A stretch of 57,740 nt of DNA from Candidatus Falkowbacteria bacterium (lineage in GTDB: Bacteria > Patescibacteriota > Patescibacteriia > Patescibacteriales > UBA12465). The first letter of the stretch is position 1. Each line of letters starts with the position of its first letter. Positions 1-9,369 of this stretch are shown here, piece by piece. The stretch lies in NCBI GenBank assembly GCA_009885285.1, contig VFKX01000060.1, positions 1 through 57,740 of the forward strand, written 5' to 3'. The notes under the pieces are model-generated. The model was given only the letters and a program-made list of their open reading frames with translations. It had not been told where the DNA came from and did no database searches. A program made the translations under genes and the position numbers.

Positions 1-860
1 CCACCAAAACCGCCGCCCGATCCGCCGAAGCCACCACCGTGGCCGCCGCCGAAGAACCAGAGGCTATTGCGCGCTTGCTTGATAGCTGAAGGCTGAGGTA
101 AGACGCGCGAAACCAGAAAATCCAATAATAAGCCAAAAAAACCAATCGCTAGCGGCAAGACAATCAGCATCAAGGAGCTGAAGAAAATCAAAGCGATGAC
201 TAAGCCGATTACTCCTCCCAGAACTCCACCTTGCCACCAACTCTTACTCTTAGCCAGAAAGCGCCACAAGGCTGATAATATGGAGAAAAGAATGATTATA
301 ATAAAAAAAATAGCGTCAAAGCTCATGTTCTTCAGGAAGGACGGGATATTGGCCGTGACTGGTTCAGCCGTATATTCCCCCTGGGTAGCCGCCATGATAT
401 GGTCAACGGCTTGATTAATACCTCCATAGTAATCACTCTGCTGAAAGGCTGGCTTCAAATCTTTATTAATAATCTGAAAAGTGGTGGCGTCTGGCAAGGC
501 ACCTTCGAGGCCATAACCGGTCTCAATGCGCATTTTCCGATCATCCATCGCAATCAGCAAGAGCACGCCATTATCTTTTTTCTCTTTGCCAATTCCCCAG
601 TCCGCAAATAATTTTACGGCGAAATTTTCAATGGTATCGCCCTCCAGGCTCTTAATCAGGACGACCGATATTTCATTCGAGGTCGTGGCGTTAAACTGAC
701 TGAGCTTGGTTTCTAAAGCACTAACCTGTTCCGTCTTCAAAGTACCAGTATAATCACTAACAAAAGAGACCGGCTGGCCCGGGCTATAATAAGCCCGAGC
801 CGACAAGCCGGCCCCTAAAAACACTACTAAACAAATAACAATGAGGATGCGTCGCAACAT
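1..860 (-). CDS. TPM (YgcG-like) domain membrane protein; 3' end lies beyond the window
   Basis: Absent from the ORF track because it runs off the window edge. My minus-strand translation from the ATG at 860-858 gives MLRRILIVICLVVFLGAGLSARA (signal), then ISVVLIKSLEGDTIENFAVKLFADWGIGKEKKDNGVLLLIAMDDRKMRIETGYGLEG (TPM core), TM helices and a GGGHGGGFGG tail. It sits directly downstream of lemA, a common gene pairing. Confidence 0.7.
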   Translation of the reverse strand, partial: MLRRILIVICLVVFLGAGLSARAYYSPGQPVSFVSDYTGTLKTEQVSALETKLSQFNATTSNEISVVLIKSLEGDTIENFAVKLFADWGIGKEKKDNGVLLLIAMDDRKMRIETGYGLEGALPDATTFQIINKDLKPAFQQSDYYGGINQAVDHIMAATQGEYTAEPVTANIPSFLKNMSFDAIFFIIIILFSILSALWRFLAKSKSWWQGGVLGGVIGLVIALIFFSSLMLIVLPLAIGFFGLLLDFLVSRVLPQPSAIKQARNSLWFFGGGHGGGFGGSGGGFG

Positions 861-881
861 AGGCGAAAGTTATTTAGCCTA

Positions 882-1451
882 TTATTTATTCAAGTCCAAA
901 TTTACAGTCGGAGCGACAGCAGCGGCTTCAGCGACTTCAAAGTATGTCTTCTCTGAGAAATTAAACATGCCAGCCACCATATTCATCGGGAAGCGCTTAA
1001 TGATCACGTTAAAGCCTTTAACAGCATCATTGAAGCGACTGCGTTCCACGCTGATCCGGTTCTCGGTACCCTCTAACTGCGCCATTAAAGTCTGGACAGT
1101 TTCAATGGACTTAAGTTGCGGATAGTTTTCCATGATGACGAGCAAGCGGCTCAAAGCGCCCTCAACTTGAGTGGCGGCGGCGGCTTTATCATTAGTGCTC
1201 TTAGCGCCGCTATAGTTGGCGCGGGCATCTGCCAAATCGCCAAAGACCTTCTGTTCCTGGCTCATCGCACCTTTAACAGCACCGACGAGATTAGGAATCA
1301 AATCAAAGCGTCTCTGGTATTGTGTCTCAACTTGTGCCCATTGGCCATCAACGCCTTCACTGGCCACTACTAACTTATTATATGAGCTCCAGAACCAACC
1401 ACCGATAATCACAATCACCGCAATAATGGCGATGAGGATGTTTTTTTTCAT
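882..1451 (-). CDS. lemA: LemA family protein
   Basis: N-terminal TM helix followed by SYNKLVVASEGVDGQWAQVETQYQRRFDLIPNLV and ENYPQLKS, both typical LemA motifs. Confidence 0.85.
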   Translation of the reverse strand: MKKNILIAIIAVIVIIGGWFWSSYNKLVVASEGVDGQWAQVETQYQRRFDLIPNLVGAVKGAMSQEQKVFGDLADARANYSGAKSTNDKAAAATQVEGALSRLLVIMENYPQLKSIETVQTLMAQLEGTENRISVERSRFNDAVKGFNVIIKRFPMNMVAGMFNFSEKTYFEVAEAAAVAPTVNLDLNK

Positions 1452-1574
1452 AGATTTATGAGTATTAATTATTTAAAAAGCGTTCGAAGACGCTTTGAAA
1501 GCTAGGGATATTGTAGCATAAAATATGGAATTTTGCAATTTCATTATAATGTTTTCAATAAGTGAGTGACAATT

Positions 1575-1607
1575 AAAAAGGTCAAACACATTAAATGCGT
1601 TTGACCT
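1575..1607 (-). terminator. Rho-independent terminator after the radical SAM gene
   Basis: 9-bp stem AGGTCAAAC/GTTTGACCT (1579-1607). On the minus strand it is followed by a T-run. Confidence 0.6.
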
Positions 1608-1691
1608 GGATTCGCCTGCTAGTTTACTAACTTGGCTGTTTGTTCTTTAGTACCATAACAACACCCCCTTTCCTAAGACAGATTAACAAAT

Positions 1692-2834
1692 TTACAAAGA
1701 ATTTGCAACATCCTCAATATTATTGCCTTGAATCATAGGATATGGCCCGTTCTTATCTATTAGAGCACAAAAAGCAGCTCTTTCATCATCTCCCAACAAA
1801 GGAAGAATCATTGATTCTATCCTAGGCATCATACAACACGAATTTGGATCTATAACGTTGATATGCCCTAGCCATCTTAAGGCATCGGCGCGACAACCGC
1901 CGCCGCATATTTTAATATAACGGCAGTTTCCACATCCCAAAGAATTCACGGTCACTTCCTTAAACTCTTTAAACCAATTCGAATCACCTACAGCTTCCAT
2001 TATTGACTGATTCTTTACTGAGCCATATTTTGAACCCATGGCCGGACAGAACATTAAGTCCCCATTAGCATTCACGCATAAATGCGTAAAATTATATTCA
2101 CATGGGTGAGCCTTTAAATTCATAGGCGCATAGTCTTCCTTATCTATCCAAGAATAATACACGTTATCAATTCTTAGTAGAAAAGGCTTATTATCATCCT
2201 GGTGCCTCTTAATCACTCCGGAATAAACATCAAACATCTTGTCGTAATCTGAAAAATCTACGATGTGATGATTCTTTTTAGTTCTAACAGTCTTCCAGAG
2301 CTGACTCAAGCGCCAGCAATATATGCCAATCGCCTTTAACTCTTCATAGAGAGGCAGCATTTCAGGAACATTCTGCTCATAAACAACCGTCTGAATCATC
2401 ACTTTTCTATCCGGAAGAGCAGTTTTTAGGCGCTTAATATTTTCCAAAGAAGCCAAATAACTACTTCCGTCACGAATAAGATCATTAACCTTTAGTCCAT
2501 CTAGGCTTGTCCTAAACTCTTTAACTTGTGGAAATTTTGCGATAATTTCCAAGTTTTTCTGAGAAAAATGTTTCCCGTTAGTCGATATGACTACCCGTGA
2601 TTCCTCCCCGCAGGATTCGATAATTTCCGACCAGCGCTTATAGAGAAAAGGCTCTCCGCCGGTGAGAGTAAAATTTTTCACTCCGAGACCATGGCATTCA
2701 GAAATTATTTCCAGCCATCTTTGATGAGATAATTCTTTTTCATAATAGCAAGAGGCGTTCTTTTCTCCCGCATGACAATAAAGACACTTCATGTCACATT
2801 TGCCAGTTAACTCTAATCTTACTGAATCGTACAT
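1692..2834 (-). CDS. Radical SAM protein with C-terminal SPASM-type Cys cluster
   Basis: CDMKCLYC (CX3CX2C) at residues 13-20, GGEPFL, and C-terminal CGNCRYIKICGGGCRADAL. Confidence 0.8.
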   Translation of the reverse strand: MYDSVRLELTGKCDMKCLYCHAGEKNASCYYEKELSHQRWLEIISECHGLGVKNFTLTGGEPFLYKRWSEIIESCGEESRVVISTNGKHFSQKNLEIIAKFPQVKEFRTSLDGLKVNDLIRDGSSYLASLENIKRLKTALPDRKVMIQTVVYEQNVPEMLPLYEELKAIGIYCWRLSQLWKTVRTKKNHHIVDFSDYDKMFDVYSGVIKRHQDDNKPFLLRIDNVYYSWIDKEDYAPMNLKAHPCEYNFTHLCVNANGDLMFCPAMGSKYGSVKNQSIMEAVGDSNWFKEFKEVTVNSLGCGNCRYIKICGGGCRADALRWLGHINVIDPNSCCMMPRIESMILPLLGDDERAAFCALIDKNGPYPMIQGNNIEDVANSL

Positions 2835-2870
2835 TTTATACCCCTTTCTTCTTTAAATTTATACAGATTA

Positions 2871-4304
2871 TTAGTACGCTCTGGCAAATGCCCAGCGCTT
2901 CACTTCTTTAACTTCTTTGCCGCAATTAATACAGGTGTGAGGCCCTACTTCCTCTTCAGCCTCGAAAGGCAAGAATCGACTGACAGCCTTAACCTTTTTC
3001 TTAATGTCAGCTTCACAGTCTTCCTCTCCGCACCAATGCGCAAAGACATAGCCGCCTGTTTTTATGCCATGCTCAAATTCACTCCAAGAAGAAGCGTTCT
3101 TATTGCTAAGATTCCGTTTTTCCTCTGCCCTTAGAAAAAGGTTTTTTTGGATTGATTCCATCATTTCTTGAGCTATCTGGCCGATATTACCTATGGCGCA
3201 ATCCGATTTAATGCCAGTATCTCGACGGACCATAACTACTTTATTATTTTCCAAATCTTTTGGCCCGATTTCAATTCTCAAAGGAACTCCTTTCTTTTCC
3301 CATTCATAATACTTTTCTCCAGGATTAAGATTATCGCGCAAATCAACTTCGACAGAAAGGCCATTCAAGTCAGACTTTATCAGCTTGATCGCATCCAGAA
3401 TAGCTTGATTAGGTCTGATAGGAATAATTACTACCTGTATAGGCGCTATCTTAGGCGGCAAAACCAATCCCTTATCATCGCTATGGATCATTATCAATCC
3501 GCCGATAAGTCTAGTACTAACGCCCCAGCTTGTCTGAAAGACGTTTTTTCTCAGCCCATCTTCGTCAAGAAAAGCAACATTAAAAGATTTAGAAAAATTA
3601 TCCGATAGGTTATGGGATGTGCCCGCCTGCAAAGATCTGCCATCCTGCATCAGTGCTTCTATGCAATAAGTCCTTAATGCACCGGCAAATTTTTCTCCTT
3701 CTGATTTCTGTCCGGTATATACAGGCATTGAAAGATACTCTTCAACAAACTTTTTATAGACTTCATTCAATATCTTAAGCGAATACTGATCAGCTTCTTG
3801 CAAAGACGCATGAGCAGTATGTCCCTCCTGCCAAAGAAATTCAGTAGTGCGCAGGAATAATCTCGGCCGCATCTCCCAGCGGACAACATTAGCCCATTGA
3901 TTAATTATCAAAGGCAGATCTCGATAAGAATTAATCCACTTAGAAAAAGAATCATAAATAATAGTCTCTGAAGTAGGACGAACAACTAGCGGCTCGCTCA
4001 GCTTATTCCCGCCGCCATGAGTAACCACGGCTAACTCAGGAGAGAATCCTTTAACATGTTTCTTTTCTCTTTCCAAGAAACTCTGAGGGATAAACATAGG
4101 GAAATATGCATTCTTTACACCCATTTCTTTTAGCATAGAATCAACTATACTAACAATTTTCTCCCAGATTGCATATCCGTATGGCTTGATTACCATGCAA
4201 CCTCTGACAACTGAATGTTCAGCTAGGTCAGCTTCAGCAATAACATCTAAATACCATTGGGAATAATTTTCTTCTCTTCCAGTTATAGTTTTCATATTTC
4301 TCAA
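2871..4304 (-). CDS. proS: Prolyl-tRNA synthetase, archaeal/eukaryote-like type
   Basis: 477 aa. Contains YSQWYLDVIAEADLAEHSVVRGCMVIKPYGYAIWE, class II motifs, a C-terminal Cys-rich domain and a terminal Tyr. Confidence 0.9.
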   Translation of the reverse strand: MRNMKTITGREENYSQWYLDVIAEADLAEHSVVRGCMVIKPYGYAIWEKIVSIVDSMLKEMGVKNAYFPMFIPQSFLEREKKHVKGFSPELAVVTHGGGNKLSEPLVVRPTSETIIYDSFSKWINSYRDLPLIINQWANVVRWEMRPRLFLRTTEFLWQEGHTAHASLQEADQYSLKILNEVYKKFVEEYLSMPVYTGQKSEGEKFAGALRTYCIEALMQDGRSLQAGTSHNLSDNFSKSFNVAFLDEDGLRKNVFQTSWGVSTRLIGGLIMIHSDDKGLVLPPKIAPIQVVIIPIRPNQAILDAIKLIKSDLNGLSVEVDLRDNLNPGEKYYEWEKKGVPLRIEIGPKDLENNKVVMVRRDTGIKSDCAIGNIGQIAQEMMESIQKNLFLRAEEKRNLSNKNASSWSEFEHGIKTGGYVFAHWCGEEDCEADIKKKVKAVSRFLPFEAEEEVGPHTCINCGKEVKEVKRWAFARAY

Positions 4305-4444
4305 GTTTAAATTTAGAATTATATTTAATTGTTAAAGATACAGAACCTTATTTAAGGGTTCATATCATTTAACATTAATTTTCTAATACTGTCAAGTCTA
4401 AAATTTACATCCTATCCTTTTTATATTATAGGATATAATATACT

Positions 4445-5374
4445 TCATTTACCAAAATTAAGCCACTTAGCAAACTCTTCCCCGCTCCGATTTCCCGGCC
4501 GTAAACGAGTGATCAGCCACGGATTATCTGCCTCATGTTTCGTGCCTGGAATAACGGAAATCGCCCCGAGATAGCCGGCCTCCGCTGTTATTTTCAGAGT
4601 CATGTCATTATGATAGCCATAAGGATAAGCAAAGGTCAAAACCGGCTTTTGTAAAATATCTTCCAAGGTATCCTTACTCCCCTTGATTTCATAATATTGC
4701 GCTGCTTTATCCTTAGTCCGCAAATCGGGATGATTATAAGTATGCGAACCAATTTCTACATGGCCACTAACTGCCATTTCTTTAAGTTGTTCGCTGGTAA
4801 TATAGCCCGGCTTGTCCAAAGCATTAACGATGATATATAAAGTGCCTTTCAAATTATATTTCTTCAAGAGAGGGTAAGCATTAAGATAGAAGTCCTCATA
4901 GCCGTCATCAAAAGTCAGAGTAATAGCCTTATTCTTCAAGTCCGCCCCGTTTCTTATTTCCACCGCTAAGCGCGACATGAAAACAGTTTCATAACCGCCT
5001 TTAACAATCTCTTGCAGCTGGCTCTCAAAGATTACCGGGTCGAGATATAGACCCGGCAGACTGGTTATGGCAGTTGGAGCGGAAATATAATGATACATCA
5101 GAATCGGTGCAGTGAGTGATTGATCGTGCAGGTCACTCGATGATGCCAGCGCTAAACTCAAATCAGGACTGTTCACAGCCTCAATGCCCGCCATAGTCTG
5201 AGCGGCCATTTCTTGAGTACTGGTCGCCGAACTTAAAAAGGCTCCGGACTCGATTACATCGATATTCCGGGTACGAGCATAATAATCGGCTGACCAGAGC
5301 AAGCCGGAAGCCACGATAATAAATATGGTTAACTTAAGCGCTAATATTTTAGCGCTGCGCGTAATCACCAACAT
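4445..5374 (-). CDS. Polysaccharide deacetylase (NodB-type) family protein, membrane-anchored
   Basis: N-terminal TM helix, TFDDGYEDFY and GSHTYNHPDL motifs. Confidence 0.8.
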   Translation of the reverse strand: MLVITRSAKILALKLTIFIIVASGLLWSADYYARTRNIDVIESGAFLSSATSTQEMAAQTMAGIEAVNSPDLSLALASSSDLHDQSLTAPILMYHYISAPTAITSLPGLYLDPVIFESQLQEIVKGGYETVFMSRLAVEIRNGADLKNKAITLTFDDGYEDFYLNAYPLLKKYNLKGTLYIIVNALDKPGYITSEQLKEMAVSGHVEIGSHTYNHPDLRTKDKAAQYYEIKGSKDTLEDILQKPVLTFAYPYGYHNDMTLKITAEAGYLGAISVIPGTKHEADNPWLITRLRPGNRSGEEFAKWLNFGK

Positions 5375-5385
5375 GAGCCGAGAGC

Positions 5386-7170
5386 TTAACGTTTGGCTCT
5401 AACGCGGTCGTTTTCAGTCAAGAACATTTTGCGTAAGCGGATGCTCTTCGGAGTAATTTCTAAATATTCATCTTCATTCATGATGCTCAAAGCGCGTTCC
5501 AAAGTTAATTCTAAAGGAGGAGTCAGTAAAATAGCTTCATCAGATCCAGAAGCACGGACGTTGGTCAACTGCTTACCCTTAATCGGATTGACGTTCATAT
5601 CATTACCTTTGGCAGCGTTACCGATAACCATACCTTCATAAACTTCAGTATTTGGAGAAATATAGATAGCGCCTCTGTCCTGTAAATTCCAAAGAGAGAA
5701 AGCCAAAGCTTTACCGGTGGCCATGGAAACCATAGAGCCCAAACGGTTCTTTTCAATTTCGCCAGCATAAGTCTTGAAGCCAGAGAAATGAGTGCATAAA
5801 ATACCTTCGCCGCGAGTATCAACCACGAATTCGTTACGGTAACCGAGCAAGCCACGAGTCGGCATGTCGAAAATCAAACGAGCTTGGCCATTATGATTCT
5901 TCATATCCACTAAGCGACCCTTACGCTTGGAAATCTTTTCCATGACAACGCCAGTCTGAGCTTCCGGGATATCAATTGTCACTTCTTCATAAGGTTCCTG
6001 CTTCTCACCATTTTCCTCGCGGATAATAACCTGAGGCTGAGAAACCTGAAGTTCAAAATTTTCGCGGCGTAAATTTTCTAAAAGAATAGCGATATGCAAT
6101 TCACCACGGCCGAAAACTTTATAGGAATTCATGTCAGAGAAATCAATCTTCAAACCGACGTTCACTTCCAGTTCCTTCTCCAAGCGTTCCTTAATCTGGC
6201 GGTTGGTAACATACTTACCTTCTTTGCCGGCAAACGGAGAATTATTAACCAAGAAGCTTAAAGAAATTGTCGGTTCATCAATTTTAATAGCCGGTAATGG
6301 AGATTGTTCCGGAACTTCAGCGATAGTTTCGCCGATATAGATGTCAGGGAGTCCTGCCACCATCACGATGTCGCCAGCGACAGCCTCCGCCACTTCCTGA
6401 CGACCAATGCCTTTGAAGGTAAATAACTTAGTTGTCTTGCCTTGGCGTGTCTGGCCATTTAAATTCTCAACATAAACAGTTTGGCCAACCTTAATCTTGC
6501 CTTCATAAACGCGGCAAATAGCCAAGCGGCCCAAGAAGTTATCATAGGCTAAATTGAAAGGCTGAGCGAGTAATTGCTTACCTTCTAAAACTGGGTCGGA
6601 AGAAGGATAAACGTGTTCCAAAACCAAATCTAACAAGGGGAATAAAGAATCGGATTCATCCTCAAGTTTACGCTTTGCAAAGCCTTGCTTAGCAGCGGCG
6701 TAGATAACCGGGAAATCTAATTGTTCATCAGTGGCACCTAAATCTAAAAATAATTCATAAACCATTTCTGCGACCGCTTCGGAGCGGGCGGCCGGCTTAT
6801 CGATTTTATTGATGACGACAATCGGCTTCAAGCCCAATTCTAAAGATTTTTTCAAAACGAATTTGGTCTGAGGCATCGGTCCTTCCTGGGCATCGACGAG
6901 TAAAAGCACGCAGTCAATGGAACGCAAGATACGCTCAACCTCGGAGCTGAAATCGGCATGGCCAGGGGTGTCTACGATATTAATCTTGGTGTCACGGTAA
7001 AAGACCGAAGTATTCTTGGAATAAATCGTAATACCCCGCTCTTTTTCCAGGTCATTAGAGTCCATGCTGGCGCCGGAGTCATTCATGCCAGTCTGTTTCA
7101 TTAAAGCGTCGGTTAAGGTTGTTTTGCCATGGTCAACGTGAGCGATAATGGCGATGTTACGGATTTCCAT
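5386..7170 (-). CDS. typA: Translational GTPase TypA/BipA
   Basis: IAIIAHVDHGKTTLTDALM, DTPGHADF and NKIDK motifs. 594 aa, matching BipA length and architecture. Confidence 0.9.
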   Translation of the reverse strand: MEIRNIAIIAHVDHGKTTLTDALMKQTGMNDSGASMDSNDLEKERGITIYSKNTSVFYRDTKINIVDTPGHADFSSEVERILRSIDCVLLLVDAQEGPMPQTKFVLKKSLELGLKPIVVINKIDKPAARSEAVAEMVYELFLDLGATDEQLDFPVIYAAAKQGFAKRKLEDESDSLFPLLDLVLEHVYPSSDPVLEGKQLLAQPFNLAYDNFLGRLAICRVYEGKIKVGQTVYVENLNGQTRQGKTTKLFTFKGIGRQEVAEAVAGDIVMVAGLPDIYIGETIAEVPEQSPLPAIKIDEPTISLSFLVNNSPFAGKEGKYVTNRQIKERLEKELEVNVGLKIDFSDMNSYKVFGRGELHIAILLENLRRENFELQVSQPQVIIREENGEKQEPYEEVTIDIPEAQTGVVMEKISKRKGRLVDMKNHNGQARLIFDMPTRGLLGYRNEFVVDTRGEGILCTHFSGFKTYAGEIEKNRLGSMVSMATGKALAFSLWNLQDRGAIYISPNTEVYEGMVIGNAAKGNDMNVNPIKGKQLTNVRASGSDEAILLTPPLELTLERALSIMNEDEYLEITPKSIRLRKMFLTENDRVRAKR

Positions 7171-7295
7171 ATTATAAGGCTAAGATTAAATAAAATAAAA
7201 AAAACTACGTGCGCGACGTAATTAAACATTAGGTCTTATGCAATATTACCGTATTTTATGAGAACAGTCAAGGGCAAGATGGGGTAAGATTCCTT

Positions 7296-7324
7296 AAAAA
7301 AACGGACCCCCAAACGGGAGTCCG
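7296..7324 (-). terminator. Rho-independent terminator
   Basis: Hairpin CGGACCCCC/GGGAGTCCG (one mismatch). On the minus strand it is followed by T7. Confidence 0.55.
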
Positions 7325-7348
7325 GGAAGTTAAGCCAATACTACTGTC

Positions 7349-8059
7349 TTATTCAGAAAACCTAAATGATTGAGAGATTCTCTTATCAAAACAATTATCA
7401 AAATTTAAGCCGATCTGGCATTCCTGGCCGGTGTGCCAGAAAGCCACTTTATGACTAGCTGGGCTGTATTTGATATGGTGAGCAGCATTAATAACACAGT
7501 CTGAATTAATAATACCTTTGCCATCACCAATCAAAGAGACATCGAATGTTCCCTTGTATGCACCCTGAACTATGTTATAGGTGCAAGCGGATCCAAATTG
7601 ATGGAGTATAAACCTGTTAAGCTCAGCATCACTGGCAACATCTCTGACATCCATTCTCCAGGCTACTCCGTAATTAAGAGATCCGTCACCATTAACATCG
7701 CTCTTATATTCATAATCAGCTTGTTCAAAACCAATTTTTCCCGCACGAACATAAACGATATTGTCATTTTCTGAAACGGTGGTCGGAATATAAGTATCAA
7801 GATTAGAAACTTCTGGAGAATCATAAGTCCAATACGAATGATAAATGGATTTCTCAGGGTAACTGAAAATGAAACCATTAGCCTGACTTGTATAAGTCAG
7901 CCATCTGATTGGCTCAATTGCGGAAGAACTAGTTACTGGCTGATTAACTATATCGTTCTTATACTTGCAGACCGTTAAAACTACCATTGTCAAAAACACC
8001 GCTAAGAGCAGCAATAGCAAAACAACTAGGTATTTTAATCTTTTCTTCATACTAAACAA
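7349..8059 (-). CDS. Hypothetical signal-anchored protein
   Basis: Long ORF with N-terminal LKYLVVLLLLLLAVFLTMVVL. No recognisable domain. Confidence 0.6.
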   Translation of the reverse strand: MFSMKKRLKYLVVLLLLLLAVFLTMVVLTVCKYKNDIVNQPVTSSSAIEPIRWLTYTSQANGFIFSYPEKSIYHSYWTYDSPEVSNLDTYIPTTVSENDNIVYVRAGKIGFEQADYEYKSDVNGDGSLNYGVAWRMDVRDVASDAELNRFILHQFGSACTYNIVQGAYKGTFDVSLIGDGKGIINSDCVINAAHHIKYSPASHKVAFWHTGQECQIGLNFDNCFDKRISQSFRFSE

Positions 8060-8157
8060 ATACCATAATTATTAATATTTATCAAATCTAGCTCAAAAAT
8101 AAAAGCCCGCTATTTTAGCAGGCTTCTTAAGGGTTGGTCGGATTATTACGACCGTGT

Positions 8158-8868
8158 TTAACTTTCGCTCTTTTTTTTGATTTTTGTCGGAGCCAGACAA
8201 TTTACTTCCCTAAAACACGCTTTAGCTTCGTCAATACTGACTGCTCCCAAAGCTCGGGTATAGGCTTCGCTATAGCTCTGTAGAGTCATAGCGCTGAGTT
8301 TTGCCATCTTTAGTCTGGTAGCAAAACAATTCTGACCCTCAAGTTCCTCAATTTCTTTGAGAAAGGGCTGATAATCATCAGGGCGCGACAAACTCATCAC
8401 TTGAAAGGAATTAGCTATCGCTACCGACAAGGCAGCGTGACCATAGACATCAATACGCTGAATGACACTCTTGTAGTCATCAGGACTGCCGAGCGCAGTA
8501 ATGGGTCGGAGATTGATGACGGCTAAGTCAATGGGTACTATTTTAGTAGCCCCGCCCTTCTCTCCTTCAGTTTGATATCCGCCTCCTACCAGCGAGAAAA
8601 AGACATCGGAGTGTTTAGCCTTATAGGCCCGGCCTCCAGCCGATAGACGACCAATAGTGATAGACGGAACTTTTTTCTTCTTAAGAAAAATCAGCGCCTT
8701 CACGTAGGCATAATTATGGGGCGCCGCATATATGACCGCGCTGGGACAGAGCTCGAGCAGTCCGGAAATGAGCATTTCCAGACCGGCGGTATCATAGACG
8801 GAAATCATCACGTTCCTAATCGGAATGAGATCATCTATCTCATCAATCTTGCTAATTCTTTCTTCCAT
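8158..8868 (-). CDS. Stand-alone PurH N-terminal (MGS-like/IMP cyclohydrolase-like) domain protein, divergent
   Basis: VMISVYDTAGLEMLISGL, PIDLAVINLRP, IDVYGHAALSVAIANSF and ATRLKMAKLSAMTLQSYSEAY align by eye with PurH LLSVSDKAGIVEFAQAL, PIDMVVVNLYPF, IDIGGPTMVRSAAKNH and ATRFDLAIKAFEHTAAYD. Confidence 0.5.
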   Translation of the reverse strand: MEERISKIDEIDDLIPIRNVMISVYDTAGLEMLISGLLELCPSAVIYAAPHNYAYVKALIFLKKKKVPSITIGRLSAGGRAYKAKHSDVFFSLVGGGYQTEGEKGGATKIVPIDLAVINLRPITALGSPDDYKSVIQRIDVYGHAALSVAIANSFQVMSLSRPDDYQPFLKEIEELEGQNCFATRLKMAKLSAMTLQSYSEAYTRALGAVSIDEAKACFREVNCLAPTKIKKKSES

Positions 8869-8994
8869 TATTTAGTTTTAAATTGTTAAAGAAGTTTTTA
8901 TTATATTGGCTGAGTTTCCGCTTGTCAAGAAAAAAGAGCCCGATCCGCCAGCTGGCAGACCGAACTCTTTCTTATCTTTAACTATTGCTAGTCA

Positions 8995-9348
8995 TTACCA
9001 CTCTTTCAAGATGTCTTTATCATCTTTAATAATCTTATAGGCCGTCACTGTACCCGAGGCATTGCGCTCTAGCACCTGCATGCGCGTACCGGTAGCTAAC
9101 TTTTTTTCCGACACATCATTTTCATTCATAAATTCCAAAGGAACAGGTTTCGGCCCGTACTCTACCACTGACACATCAGTCAACGGTTTTCCAAACTCAT
9201 CCAAAGGTATGGCACCCGTCTTTTGGACATCGGGCCGTCCAAAAATCTGCGCGAGCAAACCCTGACTGCGCAGATAATACATCGCCGCCAAGATGATAAA
9301 CAAGAGAATGACAACGATGCTTAAGATTTTAACGCTTTTTTTAATCAT
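8995..9348 (-). CDS. Hypothetical signal-anchored protein
   Basis: 117-aa ORF with an N-terminal TM helix and a terminator-like hairpin downstream. Confidence 0.55.
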   Translation of the reverse strand: MIKKSVKILSIVVILLFIILAAMYYLRSQGLLAQIFGRPDVQKTGAIPLDEFGKPLTDVSVVEYGPKPVPLEFMNENDVSEKKLATGTRMQVLERNASGTVTAYKIIKDDKDILKEW

Positions 9349-9369
9349 ATCAATGTAGCAAAGAAATTA

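Noticed and set aside
1627-1656. The 9-codon micro-ORF as a RiPP precursor for the adjacent SPASM enzyme.
   Set aside because: It is too short. It also lacks Cys, Trp, Tyr and the other residues usually crosslinked by SPASM enzymes. It is mentioned only as a curiosity.
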